Shown here: positions 23,571 through 34,300 of the stretch, piece by piece | Layout of the letters: each line of letters begins with the position of its first letter | Numbering within the stretch: the stretch's first letter is position 1 | From: Nitrospinota bacterium | GTDB taxonomy: Bacteria; Nitrospinota_A; UBA7883; JACRLM01 | NCBI GenBank assembly: GCA_016208975.1 | Contig: JACQXA010000001.1 | Span: forward strand, 1,834 to 65,833 | Direction of reading: 5' to 3' | DNA length: 64,000 nucleotides | The notes under the pieces: model-generated | What the model saw: the letters and a program-made list of their open reading frames with translations, nothing else | What the model was told of the DNA's origin: nothing | The model's database searches: none | Translations under genes and position numbers: made by a program

Positions 23571-24761
23571 TTGACTGACCTCCAGAATATCACCCAGCCA
23601 TTGCCTCCTCTCACTATAAGGAGCCATCATCCTGACTCTACCAGGGAGATAGTTCTGCGAACTCCGGTCATCAATGGTGGCATGGGAGTGGGGGTCACCG
23701 GCCCCGAATTAGCGGCGGCCATCACTAACGAAGGCGGTGGCGGCGTGATTACGGGTGTGGCTCTAGGATACCCATTCCAAGTTATCTTGAATAAATACGT
23801 TGATAAAAAGCCTTTCGAGGCCAACAGCCTGGCCCTGATGGACTGGATAGCCGACACAAAGAAAAAATGCAACAACGGTTTCGTTGGCGTGAACATAATG
23901 GTGGCGGTGAACGATTTCAAGGATCTGGCATATAACGCCGCCAAGGCCGGAGTGGACCTTATCGTGGCTGGCGCCGGGCTTCCCATGGCGTTGCCGGACA
24001 TAGTCTCCAAATTCCCGGACACTATGATAGCCCCCATCATCTCATCGGTTAAAGCGGCCCGTGTAATGGTTCGCCGGTGGCTTTCCCGCCATAGGCCGCC
24101 AGACGCTATCGTATATGAATCCATACATCATTCCGGCGGGCATCAGGGTGGCGATCTTTCGGAGATAGCCGCTGGGGCGAATCAGCCGGAGGAAGTTATA
24201 GGCGGCGTCCGTCAACTGTTGGACGAAAACGGGTTGCAGGACGTGCCGGTAATCGCCGCTGGAGGCGTGTGGGACAAGGTGGATATCCTTAAGTACCTTT
24301 CGTGGGGGGCGCAAGGGGTGCAGATGTCCTCCAGGTTCGTTCTAACCCACGAGGCGGGAGCGGAGTTCGGCGGCATACCGCTGTTCAAAAAGCTTTATAT
24401 GGACAACAACATCCCCACGATACTGGAACGGAGCCCGGCTGGTCTTCCCGGCAGGGCCATCGCCACGCCGTTTTCCAAACGATACGCTTATGCCAACGTG
24501 GACATGGTGAATGAAGAGCACGACTGTCCCTCGGCGTGCCTGGCCAGTTGCGACAAGCAAAAGTCCATCTATTGCATCCTCTATCATCTTACCGAGGCGT
24601 TGAGGAACAATTACGAGGAAGGGCTGTTCTTTGCGGGCTCTAACGTGGGGAAACCGGGCATAATAAAGGAAATCCTGTCGGTGAAAGAACTGATGCGGCG
24701 TCTTGAGGAGGGTGAGCCTGGCGTAATATCCCCCTCACAGGTGGCCGCCGCGGCCCTGTAA
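23571..24761 (+). CDS. Nitronate monooxygenase-family flavoprotein, FabX/UfaA-like, with C-terminal Cys4 motif
   Basis: GGMGVG, GAGLP, SGGHQG, VIAAGG, SPAGLPGRA, C-x3-C-x3-C-x7-C, GLFFAGSN. Confidence 0.85.
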   Translation: MTDLQNITQPLPPLTIRSHHPDSTREIVLRTPVINGGMGVGVTGPELAAAITNEGGGGVITGVALGYPFQVILNKYVDKKPFEANSLALMDWIADTKKKCNNGFVGVNIMVAVNDFKDLAYNAAKAGVDLIVAGAGLPMALPDIVSKFPDTMIAPIISSVKAARVMVRRWLSRHRPPDAIVYESIHHSGGHQGGDLSEIAAGANQPEEVIGGVRQLLDENGLQDVPVIAAGGVWDKVDILKYLSWGAQGVQMSSRFVLTHEAGAEFGGIPLFKKLYMDNNIPTILERSPAGLPGRAIATPFSKRYAYANVDMVNEEHDCPSACLASCDKQKSIYCILYHLTEALRNNYEEGLFFAGSNVGKPGIIKEILSVKELMRRLEEGEPGVISPSQVAAAAL

Positions 24762-24822
24762 CCATGTAAAACCACTCCGGCGCTTGATGAAGCGCCCGGA
24801 GCGTTTCTCTTGGAGGTGGCCT

Positions 24823-26244
24823 GTGGAGAGTCATGCAAAACTTCCCAGGACTATTGGCGAACTCAAGGAGAACGGCTACCAAATCCTCCCCGTTAAAGAA
24901 GAATTGGAGAGGAACCTCATCCGCGCCATGGAGGCGGGGGAGGAGCTTTTCCCGGGGGTTCAGGGTTATGAAAACACCGTCCTGCCCCAAATCGTAAACG
25001 CCATCCTGTCCCATCACGATATCATCCTGCTGGGGGAAAAGGGGCAGGCCAAAACCCGCATCATGCGTTCTCTCACCCGGTTTCTGGATGAGCGCATCCC
25101 CGCCATTTCCGGTTGCGAGATAAACGATAACCCCTATAATCCCATCTGCCGCGCCTGCAAACATAAGGTGGCCGAGCATGGCGATATTGTGGAGCTAAAC
25201 TGGATACACCGGGACATGCGCTATGGCGAACGGTTGAGCCCAGGCACGAAAATAGCCGACCTTATTGGCGACCTGGATCCTTCCAAGGTGGCCGAAGGGG
25301 CGGCCCTTTCTTCCGAAGCGGCCCTGCATTTCGGGCTGATACCCCGGATGAACCGGGGTATATTCGCCATCAATGAACTGCCGGACCTGGAATATCTTAT
25401 CCAGGTGTCGCTTTTTAACATATTGGAGGAACGGGACATCCAGATACGAGGCTATCCCATCCGGTTTCCGCTGGACGTGCTGTTGGTTTTCAGCGCCAAC
25501 CCGGAGGACTATTCCCGTCCCGGTAAAATAATCAGCCAGTTGAAGGACCGGATAGGCTCCGAGATCCGCACCCATTACCCCTTGAGCCGCGAAACAGGTG
25601 TGGCCATTATGGAGCAGGAGTCCAAGATGGACGTGGGGGAAGGGTACGAACTGGCATGTCCGGGCTTTGTTAAAGAAATAGTGGAGCAGATAACCATCGA
25701 GGCGCGAAACTCGCCTTATGTGAACCACCGGTCCGGCGTGTCGGCCCGGCTTTCCATAGCCAATTACGAGATTGTGGTGGCCAACGCCCGGCGGCGGGCC
25801 ATTACACTGGGCGAAAAGATAATCACGCCAAGAATCTCGGACCTTGGTTATCTATATACATCATCTTCCGGCAAGATAGAGCTGGACCCGTTTCGGGAAG
25901 ACTCACTATCCCAAGAGGATGCGCTGGGCCGGATAATCGAATCGGCCATATTAAAAGTGTTCAACGAAAAGTTCGACAAGGAATCGCTGGCGGGGATGAC
26001 CCCTGATTTCGGCGCCAAAAATGGAGCCGTGGAAGTGGGGGACATGACACCCTCCGCCCATTACCGGGAGGTTATATCCAAATTCCCCCAGCTATGGGAG
26101 CCCGCCCATACACTGGGAGCTGATCAGAATGACCCCATGCGCGCCTCTTGCGTGGAATTCATTCTGGAAGGGCTTACCCTCAACGGAAAAATCTCCCGAA
26201 AGAAGATTGGGGAGATGACCACCTATCGCAACCAGCCCCAGTAA
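24823..26244 (+). CDS. AAA+ ATPase, Mg-chelatase ChlI-like
   Basis: Walker A-like GEKGQAKT, DLIGDLDP, GIFAINELPDL, SANPEDY, LKDRIGS; GTG 24823 with GGAGG at 24812-24816. Confidence 0.88.
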   Translation: MESHAKLPRTIGELKENGYQILPVKEELERNLIRAMEAGEELFPGVQGYENTVLPQIVNAILSHHDIILLGEKGQAKTRIMRSLTRFLDERIPAISGCEINDNPYNPICRACKHKVAEHGDIVELNWIHRDMRYGERLSPGTKIADLIGDLDPSKVAEGAALSSEAALHFGLIPRMNRGIFAINELPDLEYLIQVSLFNILEERDIQIRGYPIRFPLDVLLVFSANPEDYSRPGKIISQLKDRIGSEIRTHYPLSRETGVAIMEQESKMDVGEGYELACPGFVKEIVEQITIEARNSPYVNHRSGVSARLSIANYEIVVANARRRAITLGEKIITPRISDLGYLYTSSSGKIELDPFREDSLSQEDALGRIIESAILKVFNEKFDKESLAGMTPDFGAKNGAVEVGDMTPSAHYREVISKFPQLWEPAHTLGADQNDPMRASCVEFILEGLTLNGKISRKKIGEMTTYRNQPQ

Positions 26245-26364
26245 CCGCCAAAACTCCAGGAATCCGCTTCGGGCCGTTACGGTTTTGTGGATATTTATCT
26301 ATTACTAATAGCGCCGTAACATATTGAAAATATAGTAATAGAGCTTCCGGCTACATAAAATTTA

Positions 26365-26515
26365 GGTAGTGTCTAAGTTTGAAAGTACAGGGGAGATTCT
26401 TCACTTACGCTCAGAATGACAATATAAAAGCCGTTGATAACATTGTCATCCTGAGCGAAGCGCAAGCGAAGTGAAGGATCTTTCTATTATTTGAGATTCA
26501 AACTGAGACACCACC
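26365..26515. mobile_element. 151-bp MITE, copy 2 (inverted relative to copy 1)
   Basis: TIRs GGTAGTGTCTAAGTTTGAA / TTCAAACTGAGACACCACC; 8-bp direct repeat AAAATTTA at 26357-26364 and 26516-26523. Confidence 0.92.
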
Positions 26516-26703
26516 AAAATTTAACATTGATCCACCTTTCCCCTAAAGATTTTGCCTTAACACTCCGTAAAGTTAGTAAGCCGGCCCGGTAACAGGCTGG
26601 TGAAGACGCAAGAGGTTTAAGCTCAAAGGATATGAGCTGGCCGATCCCATCCAGGATGGATAAAGGGACGCCTGCGCAACACGGAGGTTGAAATAAAGTA
26701 GCC

Positions 26704-27759
26704 ATGAGTTTGGGACTGCCAAACACAAAGTTCAGCGCCAATCAGCCAATACAGAGGCTGGGGCTGAGTTCACGACAGCACAAGGTCGCCCCTTCCATAG
26801 CGGAACAGGCCATTTTCATACCCAAACCCCACGACCGGGTGGAGTTCAAACTGTCCACCGGTGGCGGAGATATTAAGCCCATGCCGGCCCTGGGGGAAAA
26901 GAAGCCCGCCGAATCCATACCCTTGCCCGGTTCCGGAAATAGTAAGGACGGCCCAAAGGGGACAAACATAGCCAGGGGTGAACTGGGCGCCAACGGCCTT
27001 ACCGCCAGGTTCGACACCAGCGCCTGGAAGGGAGCCCCCGGCGGTTATGTGGAAGTCCAGGTGAACATGACACCTGAGAAACAAACAAGTATAAGCAACG
27101 ACCCCATTCCCACCCAGGAGGAGGGGCGTCAGGTTAACCATAAAGAGATCAATTTCACCCAGCAGTATGACGCATACGGCAGGCCGAGGATAGGTTTCTC
27201 CAGGGAACCCTACGATTTTGCGGCCACCAAGTTCGTTTCGGTAACAAGCCAGGTGGCATTTCAGGCCAACATGGCCGAAATGCACCAGGAGTTCAACAAG
27301 TATCTGCTGACAAATAAACAGCCCGAAACCGCCAGCGCTCCCGAACCTTCGTTGATGGGAGAAGAGAACGCGCAGGTGTCCTCTGAACCATCAGTTATGG
27401 GTCAGGAGAATGCCCAGGTATCTTCCGAACCGGCGTTGATGGGAGAAGAGAATGCCCAGGTATCTTCCGAGCCAACCGTAATGGGCCAGGAAGACACGAA
27501 GAAAGGAAGCGGGGAAATTCCTATATTCGGATCCACTTCCGATAACGTCTTCAAGACGCAGGATGGAAAAGATAGCGAAGGCGGCGCCGAGGACAAGGGT
27601 GTTTCCGCCGAGGAGTCTTTCGAGAAACAGAAAGTCTCGGTGCAGGACACCTTCATGAACGACGCGGCCGCCGGAATGAAAACCAGCAAAGCTGGCTCGG
27701 CTTATTCGGCTTCCTTAAGCCCGGCGACGGAATCCGGAGCGTTTGCGGCCAAAGTATGA
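26704..27759 (+). CDS. Hypothetical protein, probably largely disordered, with 14-aa tandem repeat
   Basis: 351-aa ORF with GGAGG upstream; in-frame 42-bp repeats with several synonymous differences support coding status. Confidence 0.75.
   Translation: MSLGLPNTKFSANQPIQRLGLSSRQHKVAPSIAEQAIFIPKPHDRVEFKLSTGGGDIKPMPALGEKKPAESIPLPGSGNSKDGPKGTNIARGELGANGLTARFDTSAWKGAPGGYVEVQVNMTPEKQTSISNDPIPTQEEGRQVNHKEINFTQQYDAYGRPRIGFSREPYDFAATKFVSVTSQVAFQANMAEMHQEFNKYLLTNKQPETASAPEPSLMGEENAQVSSEPSVMGQENAQVSSEPALMGEENAQVSSEPTVMGQEDTKKGSGEIPIFGSTSDNVFKTQDGKDSEGGAEDKGVSAEESFEKQKVSVQDTFMNDAAAGMKTSKAGSAYSASLSPATESGAFAAKV
27343..27492 (+). repeat. 42-bp coding tandem repeat, about 3.6 units (EPSLMGEENAQVSS)
   Basis: Units start at 27343, 27385, 27427 and 27469. 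Confidence 0.9.
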
Positions 27760-27797
27760 GTTAAGAAAACCCGTTGGTCCCCTGCGGCAGACCCTGT

Positions 27798-30700
27798 TCA
27801 ATCGCCGGAAGCATGAACATCCTCCCTGCCGCCGGGGAAACAGCGGGTTTTAAACCTGCAACCCGACGCCGAACAGGTTTTCACATCAATCACAGGCCAG
27901 TCTTTTTCGGGTGAGCCTTCCATCGCCGCCACCAACTCCGCAAGCCTTAAAACCGAATTTTTGATATTTCCATATCTCGCTGAATTTACGTTCAAGCTCT
28001 CCGTTTCAAGCTTCTTCCCACCCAGGTATAGGATGGCGCAATCCAGTTCCTTTAAACCATAAGCGGCCATCAACGCCGCCGAATACATCTCCATCTGGAA
28101 GGTATGGATGGAATTATCCCCCCGCTTGCGGGCGAATTTATAGTCCACCAGGCAGGGGCCGGTTTCGTCCACGAAGAAAAGGTCCGCCGTGCCACGGGAT
28201 ATGATGTCAGCCCCATCGTTGGAGAATCTTATAGCCAATGGGGCTTCTCTGGTTATCCAGACATCACGGCGCTTCCGGAGCCTTGATAACGGCTTCGATG
28301 AAAAGGCTTCAACAGTGATACCCGACACGGTTTGCCTGAAACTTGCAGGCATGTCGCCGAAACGCCCGTTTACAGCCGACTCTACGGTGTTTTCGAAATC
28401 CGTGTCTGCGGGATCCAGCTTTTCGAGCAGATTGTGAAACCTTGTTCCAAGTTCCACCGGGTCCGGCCCGGCGGGTTTTTCCGGCTCTTCCCAGAACGCC
28501 GCATCAACTTCCCTGGAGGCGCCGGGAAGCTCCATGGCGTACTGGTAATAATAAAGCCTGGGGCAGTAATTGAGCGTTGCCAGTTCGGTTACTGTAAGGT
28601 TGATGAATGGCTTTATTCGCCGCGCCTGTTTTGGCGTCTGCGGAGCGGATGGAGGATCGGGCCGCCAGCCGTTAATGATGTCACTGGCCAACCCGGGCAT
28701 GGCCTCATATGTGGCTGTACTCTCAAAGCCAGCGGACTCCACACTTTTGAAAGCTGTATTTTCGGCATCTTTCATTTTTTGCAACTCCGCCATTCCAATC
28801 CATCCGCCTGTTTTTTTCGAGCCAGTACCGCCGGTTATTATCAGGTGATCCCTTGCCCTGGTGGTGGCAACGTAAAAGAGGCGTTTGCTCTCTTCATCTT
28901 CGGCGGTTTTGGCCTGCGCGTCCATTTCGCGGTAAACCGGCCCCTTCACCCAGTCCATTTCCTCTTCAAGGTAATAGCGCATGAAAATGCCGCTTCGGGG
29001 ATGGATGTTCACCCTGCCGCCGTTTTTTGAGTTAGTGAAATTTAAATCCGCCAGCGCCACCACGGGAAATTCCAGCCCCTTGCTCTGGTGGATGGTCATT
29101 ATGGCCAGCCGGTTGTTGTCTTTGGAAATTGCTCCGGCGGCGGGCTCTTTTTCGCCACCCCGGTCCGCCAGTTTTTTAAGCGACCGGATGAAATCCGGCA
29201 TGCCAGCGCCGTTCCGTTCCGCCATCCGCGCCTGCTCTATAAGCTTGGAGAGGTTGCCAACCCTCTGTTCCCCCTGGTACCGGCTCATCATAACCGCCCC
29301 GTAACCGGTATCCCCAAGCAAAGTCTCTATCATTTCGGAGATGGTGAGCCGACTCTTGGCCTTCATCCATTTGGCGGCCCGTTCCCGGAAGCGGATGAAT
29401 TTCCGGGTGTCTTCCTCATCACCCAGTTGTGGAGCCGGGGCAGTGGGGCTTAACACCGTCTCCAGCGGACGCGCCATAGCCGTTTCGTCCCTGCGCAACC
29501 GGAAAAGCCCCGCCTCGCTCATTCCCACCAATGGCGACCGTAGAACGTTCATCAAAGAAAGTGAGTCCGCCGTATTATCAAGAAACGAAAGCAGACTAAT
29601 CATGTCGATGATTTCCTGGGCGGCGTAAAACCCCTTACCCCGCACCACGGAATAGGGCACGCCAGCCAGCCTGAAAGCGTTTTCGTAAGCCTCCAGGTAA
29701 GAAAAACGGCGAAGTAGAAGAGCAATGTCCCCATAATGCGCGTTGCGGATTTTTCCCGAGTCCTCCACGGTCATCGTTCCGCCGCCGATCTCTTCTTTGA
29801 AGAACGTGGCCAGAGCTTGGGCCTCTTGCGCCCGCGCCTGCCCGGCGTTGGAACTGTCGGGCAGGTTGAGCCATGTGACGCCAGCCCGCTCCGGATTCAC
29901 GCTTCTGTGGGGGGTCAAGGAGTCCTTTTCCTTGTTGAACGGTATTTTGCCCTCGCCACCTGTCATTATGGCGCTGAAGAGGTTGTTGGTAAAATTGATT
30001 AGCGCGGGGGCGCTTCGCCTGCTTTCCACAAGGTGGAATCGCGTTCCACCTTTATTCTCTATCTCGTCCGCCGTCTCCTTGAAGACCATCACGTCGGCTC
30101 CCCGGAAACCGTATATGGATTGCTTGATGTCTCCAACGATGAAAAGTTTTCCACTGCCCGGCGGGGCGATGGAGTAAATAATTTCCTTCTGAAGCGCGTT
30201 GATGTCCTGAAACTCGTCCACCATAACCCGGTGGAACTGGGCGGCGTATTGGGCGCGTATGGCCGAGCCGGGGGATAAAAGTTTTAACGCCCGCTCTTCG
30301 AGGTCTTCATAATCCAGGGCGGACACCTGGGCCTTCATGTCGCCGTATTCCCGCAAGACCTGCGACAGCAACGATGCCACCCGTTCAACATCCCTCGTTA
30401 TTTCATTTTCCACCACCGGCGACGCTATTGAGCGGAGCAGGCTGACAGCCCGTTTACCCCCGGCGTGGTCCGTGTCCGATTTATCCTTCCTTCCATTGAT
30501 GGCTTTCTCCAGATCATCCGCCCAATCGAGGGCCTTAACCGCGATGATGAACGAAGGCCCCGATCCACTTAACAGGTCGTTGCCAACAGCCTCTATCTCC
30601 AAGGCTGTCTTGAACTCTTTTGAACCCTTTTTGTAACCGAGCAGAACGGGCAATAACTCCGCCATCTCTTTGATGGAAGCTGTCGCGGCGGCGCCGTCTT

Positions 30701-31385
30701 TCTCGGCCAGCTCCCTGTATCGCCTTACCAATTCTTCTGGAGATTTGTTCGCCACACGCATCAATGGAATCAGGCTTACCACCATTTCCCTCAGCCCTTT
30801 TTCAAACTGGCCTTTCCTGGAATACCCAAAACACAGTGCCAGCCGTTCTACATCCTTGTCTCCCGCCCTAAGACTTCCAAAAATGACTTTTTGGGTGGCG
30901 GCGCCAAGCATGGCGCCGGCCTGGTTCTCGTCTATCACCTTGAAGTTGGGATCCACTCCGGCCGGGGCCGGATTTTCCTTAAGCAAACGGGCGCAGAACG
31001 AATGGATGGTGGATATGTAGGCGCTCTGGAGCGATTGGCGTTGCAAAATGAGATGGGCCGCAAGTCTGGCCTCGTGTTTCCTGTCCGGATCGTTTTGGGC
31101 CAGGTTGGCGGCGGAACCTTCCAGCCCGGCGGTTTTGCGAAGCTCCTCAATTCTTACGGTCAGCTTGTCGCGGACGCGCCCTTTCATTTCCGCCGCGGCT
31201 TTCTCGGTGAATGTGATAGCGGCCAGCTGATCCAGCCGGGTGAAACCCTTTTTATCCGCCTTCTCCAGTTCGCCTAGATATTTTATGACCAGCGCGTGGG
31301 TCTTTCCCGTTCCGGCTCCGGCCATAACGGCCATGTCCGTCTCGCAGGCTTTTATTGCGTCGAAAATGTTTTGGCCGCTGGTCAT
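27798..31385 (-). CDS. addA: AddA-like UvrD helicase with C-terminal PD-(D/E)XK nuclease
   Basis: AGAGTGKT, ITFTEKAA, VDEFQD, VGDIKQSIYGFRGAD, TIHQSKGLEF, YVATTRA, then GTADL..VDYK; ATG overlaps the addB stop (ATGA). Confidence 0.9.
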   Translation of the reverse strand: MTSGQNIFDAIKACETDMAVMAGAGTGKTHALVIKYLGELEKADKKGFTRLDQLAAITFTEKAAAEMKGRVRDKLTVRIEELRKTAGLEGSAANLAQNDPDRKHEARLAAHLILQRQSLQSAYISTIHSFCARLLKENPAPAGVDPNFKVIDENQAGAMLGAATQKVIFGSLRAGDKDVERLALCFGYSRKGQFEKGLREMVVSLIPLMRVANKSPEELVRRYRELAEKDGAAATASIKEMAELLPVLLGYKKGSKEFKTALEIEAVGNDLLSGSGPSFIIAVKALDWADDLEKAINGRKDKSDTDHAGGKRAVSLLRSIASPVVENEITRDVERVASLLSQVLREYGDMKAQVSALDYEDLEERALKLLSPGSAIRAQYAAQFHRVMVDEFQDINALQKEIIYSIAPPGSGKLFIVGDIKQSIYGFRGADVMVFKETADEIENKGGTRFHLVESRRSAPALINFTNNLFSAIMTGGEGKIPFNKEKDSLTPHRSVNPERAGVTWLNLPDSSNAGQARAQEAQALATFFKEEIGGGTMTVEDSGKIRNAHYGDIALLLRRFSYLEAYENAFRLAGVPYSVVRGKGFYAAQEIIDMISLLSFLDNTADSLSLMNVLRSPLVGMSEAGLFRLRRDETAMARPLETVLSPTAPAPQLGDEEDTRKFIRFRERAAKWMKAKSRLTISEMIETLLGDTGYGAVMMSRYQGEQRVGNLSKLIEQARMAERNGAGMPDFIRSLKKLADRGGEKEPAAGAISKDNNRLAIMTIHQSKGLEFPVVALADLNFTNSKNGGRVNIHPRSGIFMRYYLEEEMDWVKGPVYREMDAQAKTAEDEESKRLFYVATTRARDHLIITGGTGSKKTGGWIGMAELQKMKDAENTAFKSVESAGFESTATYEAMPGLASDIINGWRPDPPSAPQTPKQARRIKPFINLTVTELATLNYCPRLYYYQYAMELPGASREVDAAFWEEPEKPAGPDPVELGTRFHNLLEKLDPADTDFENTVESAVNGRFGDMPASFRQTVSGITVEAFSSKPLSRLRKRRDVWITREAPLAIRFSNDGADIISRGTADLFFVDETGPCLVDYKFARKRGDNSIHTFQMEMYSAALMAAYGLKELDCAILYLGGKKLETESLNVNSARYGNIKNSVLRLAELVAAMEGSPEKDWPVIDVKTCSASGCRFKTRCFPGGREDVHASGD

Positions 31386-34300
31386 TCCTCTTCCTGCTCC
31401 TCGACAAACGCTTTTGTGAAACGGCACAGGCCGGGGAATTCGCAAAATTCACAATCCCTGGGGCTGACAGGGAAAACGCCGGATTCGATTTTTTCCACAA
31501 CGCCGGACAATATGGATATGAAAGTTTTCGGGGACTCTTGAGGATTAACGGCACCCGGCTCGTTTAAAAAAACGCCGTCATCCGCCGTGTCCGCCATCAC
31601 AAAAGAGTCCTTGAGCGCTTTGGCTTTAAGAAGCCTGTATCCGCCTTGCGCTTTGGGCGCTCCAGTCAGGTGTCCCCGTCCCAGCGTGAACCGTTTTGCC
31701 AGCATCATATAAACAGGCTGTTGGAACGATGTCGCTCCCATCTCTTCCCGTTTTACCAGCTTCCTGTATTTTGTTTTGTTGGAGCTGTTCTTATAATCAA
31801 TGACCCTCAACTCATTCTTTTGCCGGTTGATGTCTATCCGGTCTATGATTCCGCATAACAGCCTCTCGCCCAGTTTGGATATTTGGAACGCCAAAGGTGG
31901 ATATAGCTTTTTCCGCTTGTCCCTGCTCTTTATATCAAACGGCGCTTCCACCGCCACGGGATAAAATCCACTGGCCTTCTGCTCCTCCGCCTCTATGCGG
32001 AATATATGTCGAAGTAAGTGGATGGTCCTTCTAATTTCTATACGCCACACCGCGGGGTCGCCGGTGTTGTCCTCCTCCTCAAACCGGCGGAAAACTTCTT
32101 CCGCCGATTCCAACAGGTTGTTCAGTTCATCTTCAGAGCCTGTCAGGGGTGTTGGCCCAAATGCTATGCGTTTTGAATAGAAATTTTCAAGAATGAGGTG
32201 CATAAGGTTCCCGGCGCTTTTCGCGTCCAGCTCCTCGGCTGGCTCCTCCACCGGTTCCAGCCCCAGCGCCCGTGAGGCGAAGAACCTGAAAGGGCACTGG
32301 CCGTATTTTTCCAAGTCCGTTGGTGTGTATCTTCTTTCCCTGCCGCGCTCCATAAATTGGGCGAAAATATCTTCGCAACCAACCAGAAGCCCATTGAACG
32401 GGGTTATCTGCTCCACGCCCTTCGATTGCCCGGAGCTTGCGAAATAACGGTCCCGCTCCCACTCGATGGAGGAAATCCCCAGCAACGTTACCAGCTTGCT
32501 CCACCGGTTATCGTCCATGGCGAAGCTTGAAAGTATGCCTGCAAGCTTTTCATGATCAGCATCAGGATTAAACAGGCGATGGATAAGCCGGGCTGTGGTC
32601 TCTTCCTCGTCAGGAGGGGTTTCATCATACGCATCATCCATCGCCCTGGCGGCGGCGTGGAAAATATGTTTCTCCCGATCCTCCGGAGATAACGCGGGGT
32701 ATAGGGCCTCCAGCGAGTCTTCAATGAATTGTGATTTTAGCAACGGCTCGCCATTTAGCTCGAATTCGCTGAATGAAAGGCACAGCCGTTTTCCGGCGCA
32801 ACGGGCCGTCTGGAAAAACAGGAGCGACTGTTCCTGCCACTTTTCCGCCCACCGGTCGAACACCCGTCGGCCTTTCACAATGGCAGGGTCATGTTTTTTG
32901 ATAACCTCGGCGTGAATGGCGTTGAACCGCATCCGTTCATCTTCGTTGAGTAGCGAGGACACTTGCGGAAATGCAGGGAACTCCCCTTCCGTAAGACCAA
33001 GCGCGAACACCACCTGGTAGCGGCTTCCCACAATATCGTGCGGGTTCAGCGTAGCCACCCGGTTCTGGTTTGCCGCGCCCGGTTCGGGAACATAACGGCT
33101 TTCCACCTGCTCCGTGAAAAGGTTCCGCAGGGCCAAAAACCCCAGCGGCGCGTTTTGCGCGTTCAGCGATTCCACCGCCAGCCTGGCTTCCCGCAATATT
33201 TCCAGCAACTGGGCGTGGGCGTTGTAGTCCCGGAACCGGACCCGCTCGGCCATTGGCATGCCATCTGGAGGCTCCGGGTTTATCTTGAGGAAATGCAGTA
33301 TCTCCGCCAGCGTGTCCAGAAACGGGGCCGCGCGGCTCTGGCTTTGTAAATCGTCCAGCCTGTGGAGCAGGGATTCGATGGCGTATCGGGCCCTCTCCGC
33401 CGGTTCCCGCTCTGCTTCTTTAAACTTGGCGATTCCCTTTTTCAGCTTGGATATCCAATGCCGGGTGGAGCCATCAATGATTTTTGATGAAAGCGCCAGA
33501 CTTTTGGCCACGGAAGGCTCTATGTCCGAGAATGTCTGGAAATAGGGGGATAGGACAATATCCAGAACTGCGTCACGTTCATAACCGCTTTCGATGGACT
33601 TGAAAATGGACATCACGGATATTACCAGCGGGTTGGTGGCCAACCTTATACCCCGCCTGAAATGAAACGGTATGGCGTATCTGCCGAAAACATCTTCTAT
33701 AAGCGGCGCGTAAGCGTTCACATCCCGGGTGACAAGGCAGTAATCGCTATAGTCATGCCCATCCTCGGCCATTAACTTTAGAATGGCCAGCCCTGCCTCC
33801 TCCACCTCGCGGTAGCGGCCGGGGCATTTGATTATGGTTACGGGGCAGTTAGCGGTTTCCGTGTTTTGTTCCGGCGATGGCGGGGCCAGATCGAAAAGTT
33901 TTTTGGAAAACGAGGCCAGCGGCCCCTCGCATGGCTCTTCCCACTCGATTTCCAGAAGACCCTCGGCGTCTCCCAGGTTTTCGTACTTCTCCATGTTGGT
34001 GACGATGTATCCGAAAGCTTTCCTACGGTCATCGGGCGTGGGGGCCACAATTTTCACCGGAATGGTTTTGGCGATCCGGCGGAACAGCTCGAACCGGTAT
34101 GGAGTGAACTGGTAAATATCCCTCAATGTGATGGAGCCGTAGCGCGAAAGGGTGGGCCGTCCATACGCCTCGCCGTTGGCTACCGCTTCCACCAAGGCTT
34201 TGCGGGCCATGCCGGTGTCCGCGAACCCCAGCTTGCCAAGTTCAGCGCGATATAGTTGATAAATCCCCGCCAACTCATCTTCCTTGCCGTCCGCATAACC

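Noticed and set aside
22147..26515. Composite transposon carrying ispB, the flavoprotein and the AAA+ gene
   Set aside because: Each MITE has its own distinct 8-bp duplication, and the outer flanks do not match.
26544..26647. sigma28 promoter upstream of the repeat-containing gene
   Set aside because: Several half-sites, but none with both good boxes and 15-nt spacing.
27343..27492. CRISPR array
   Set aside because: Contiguous in-frame coding repeats without spacers; no cas genes.
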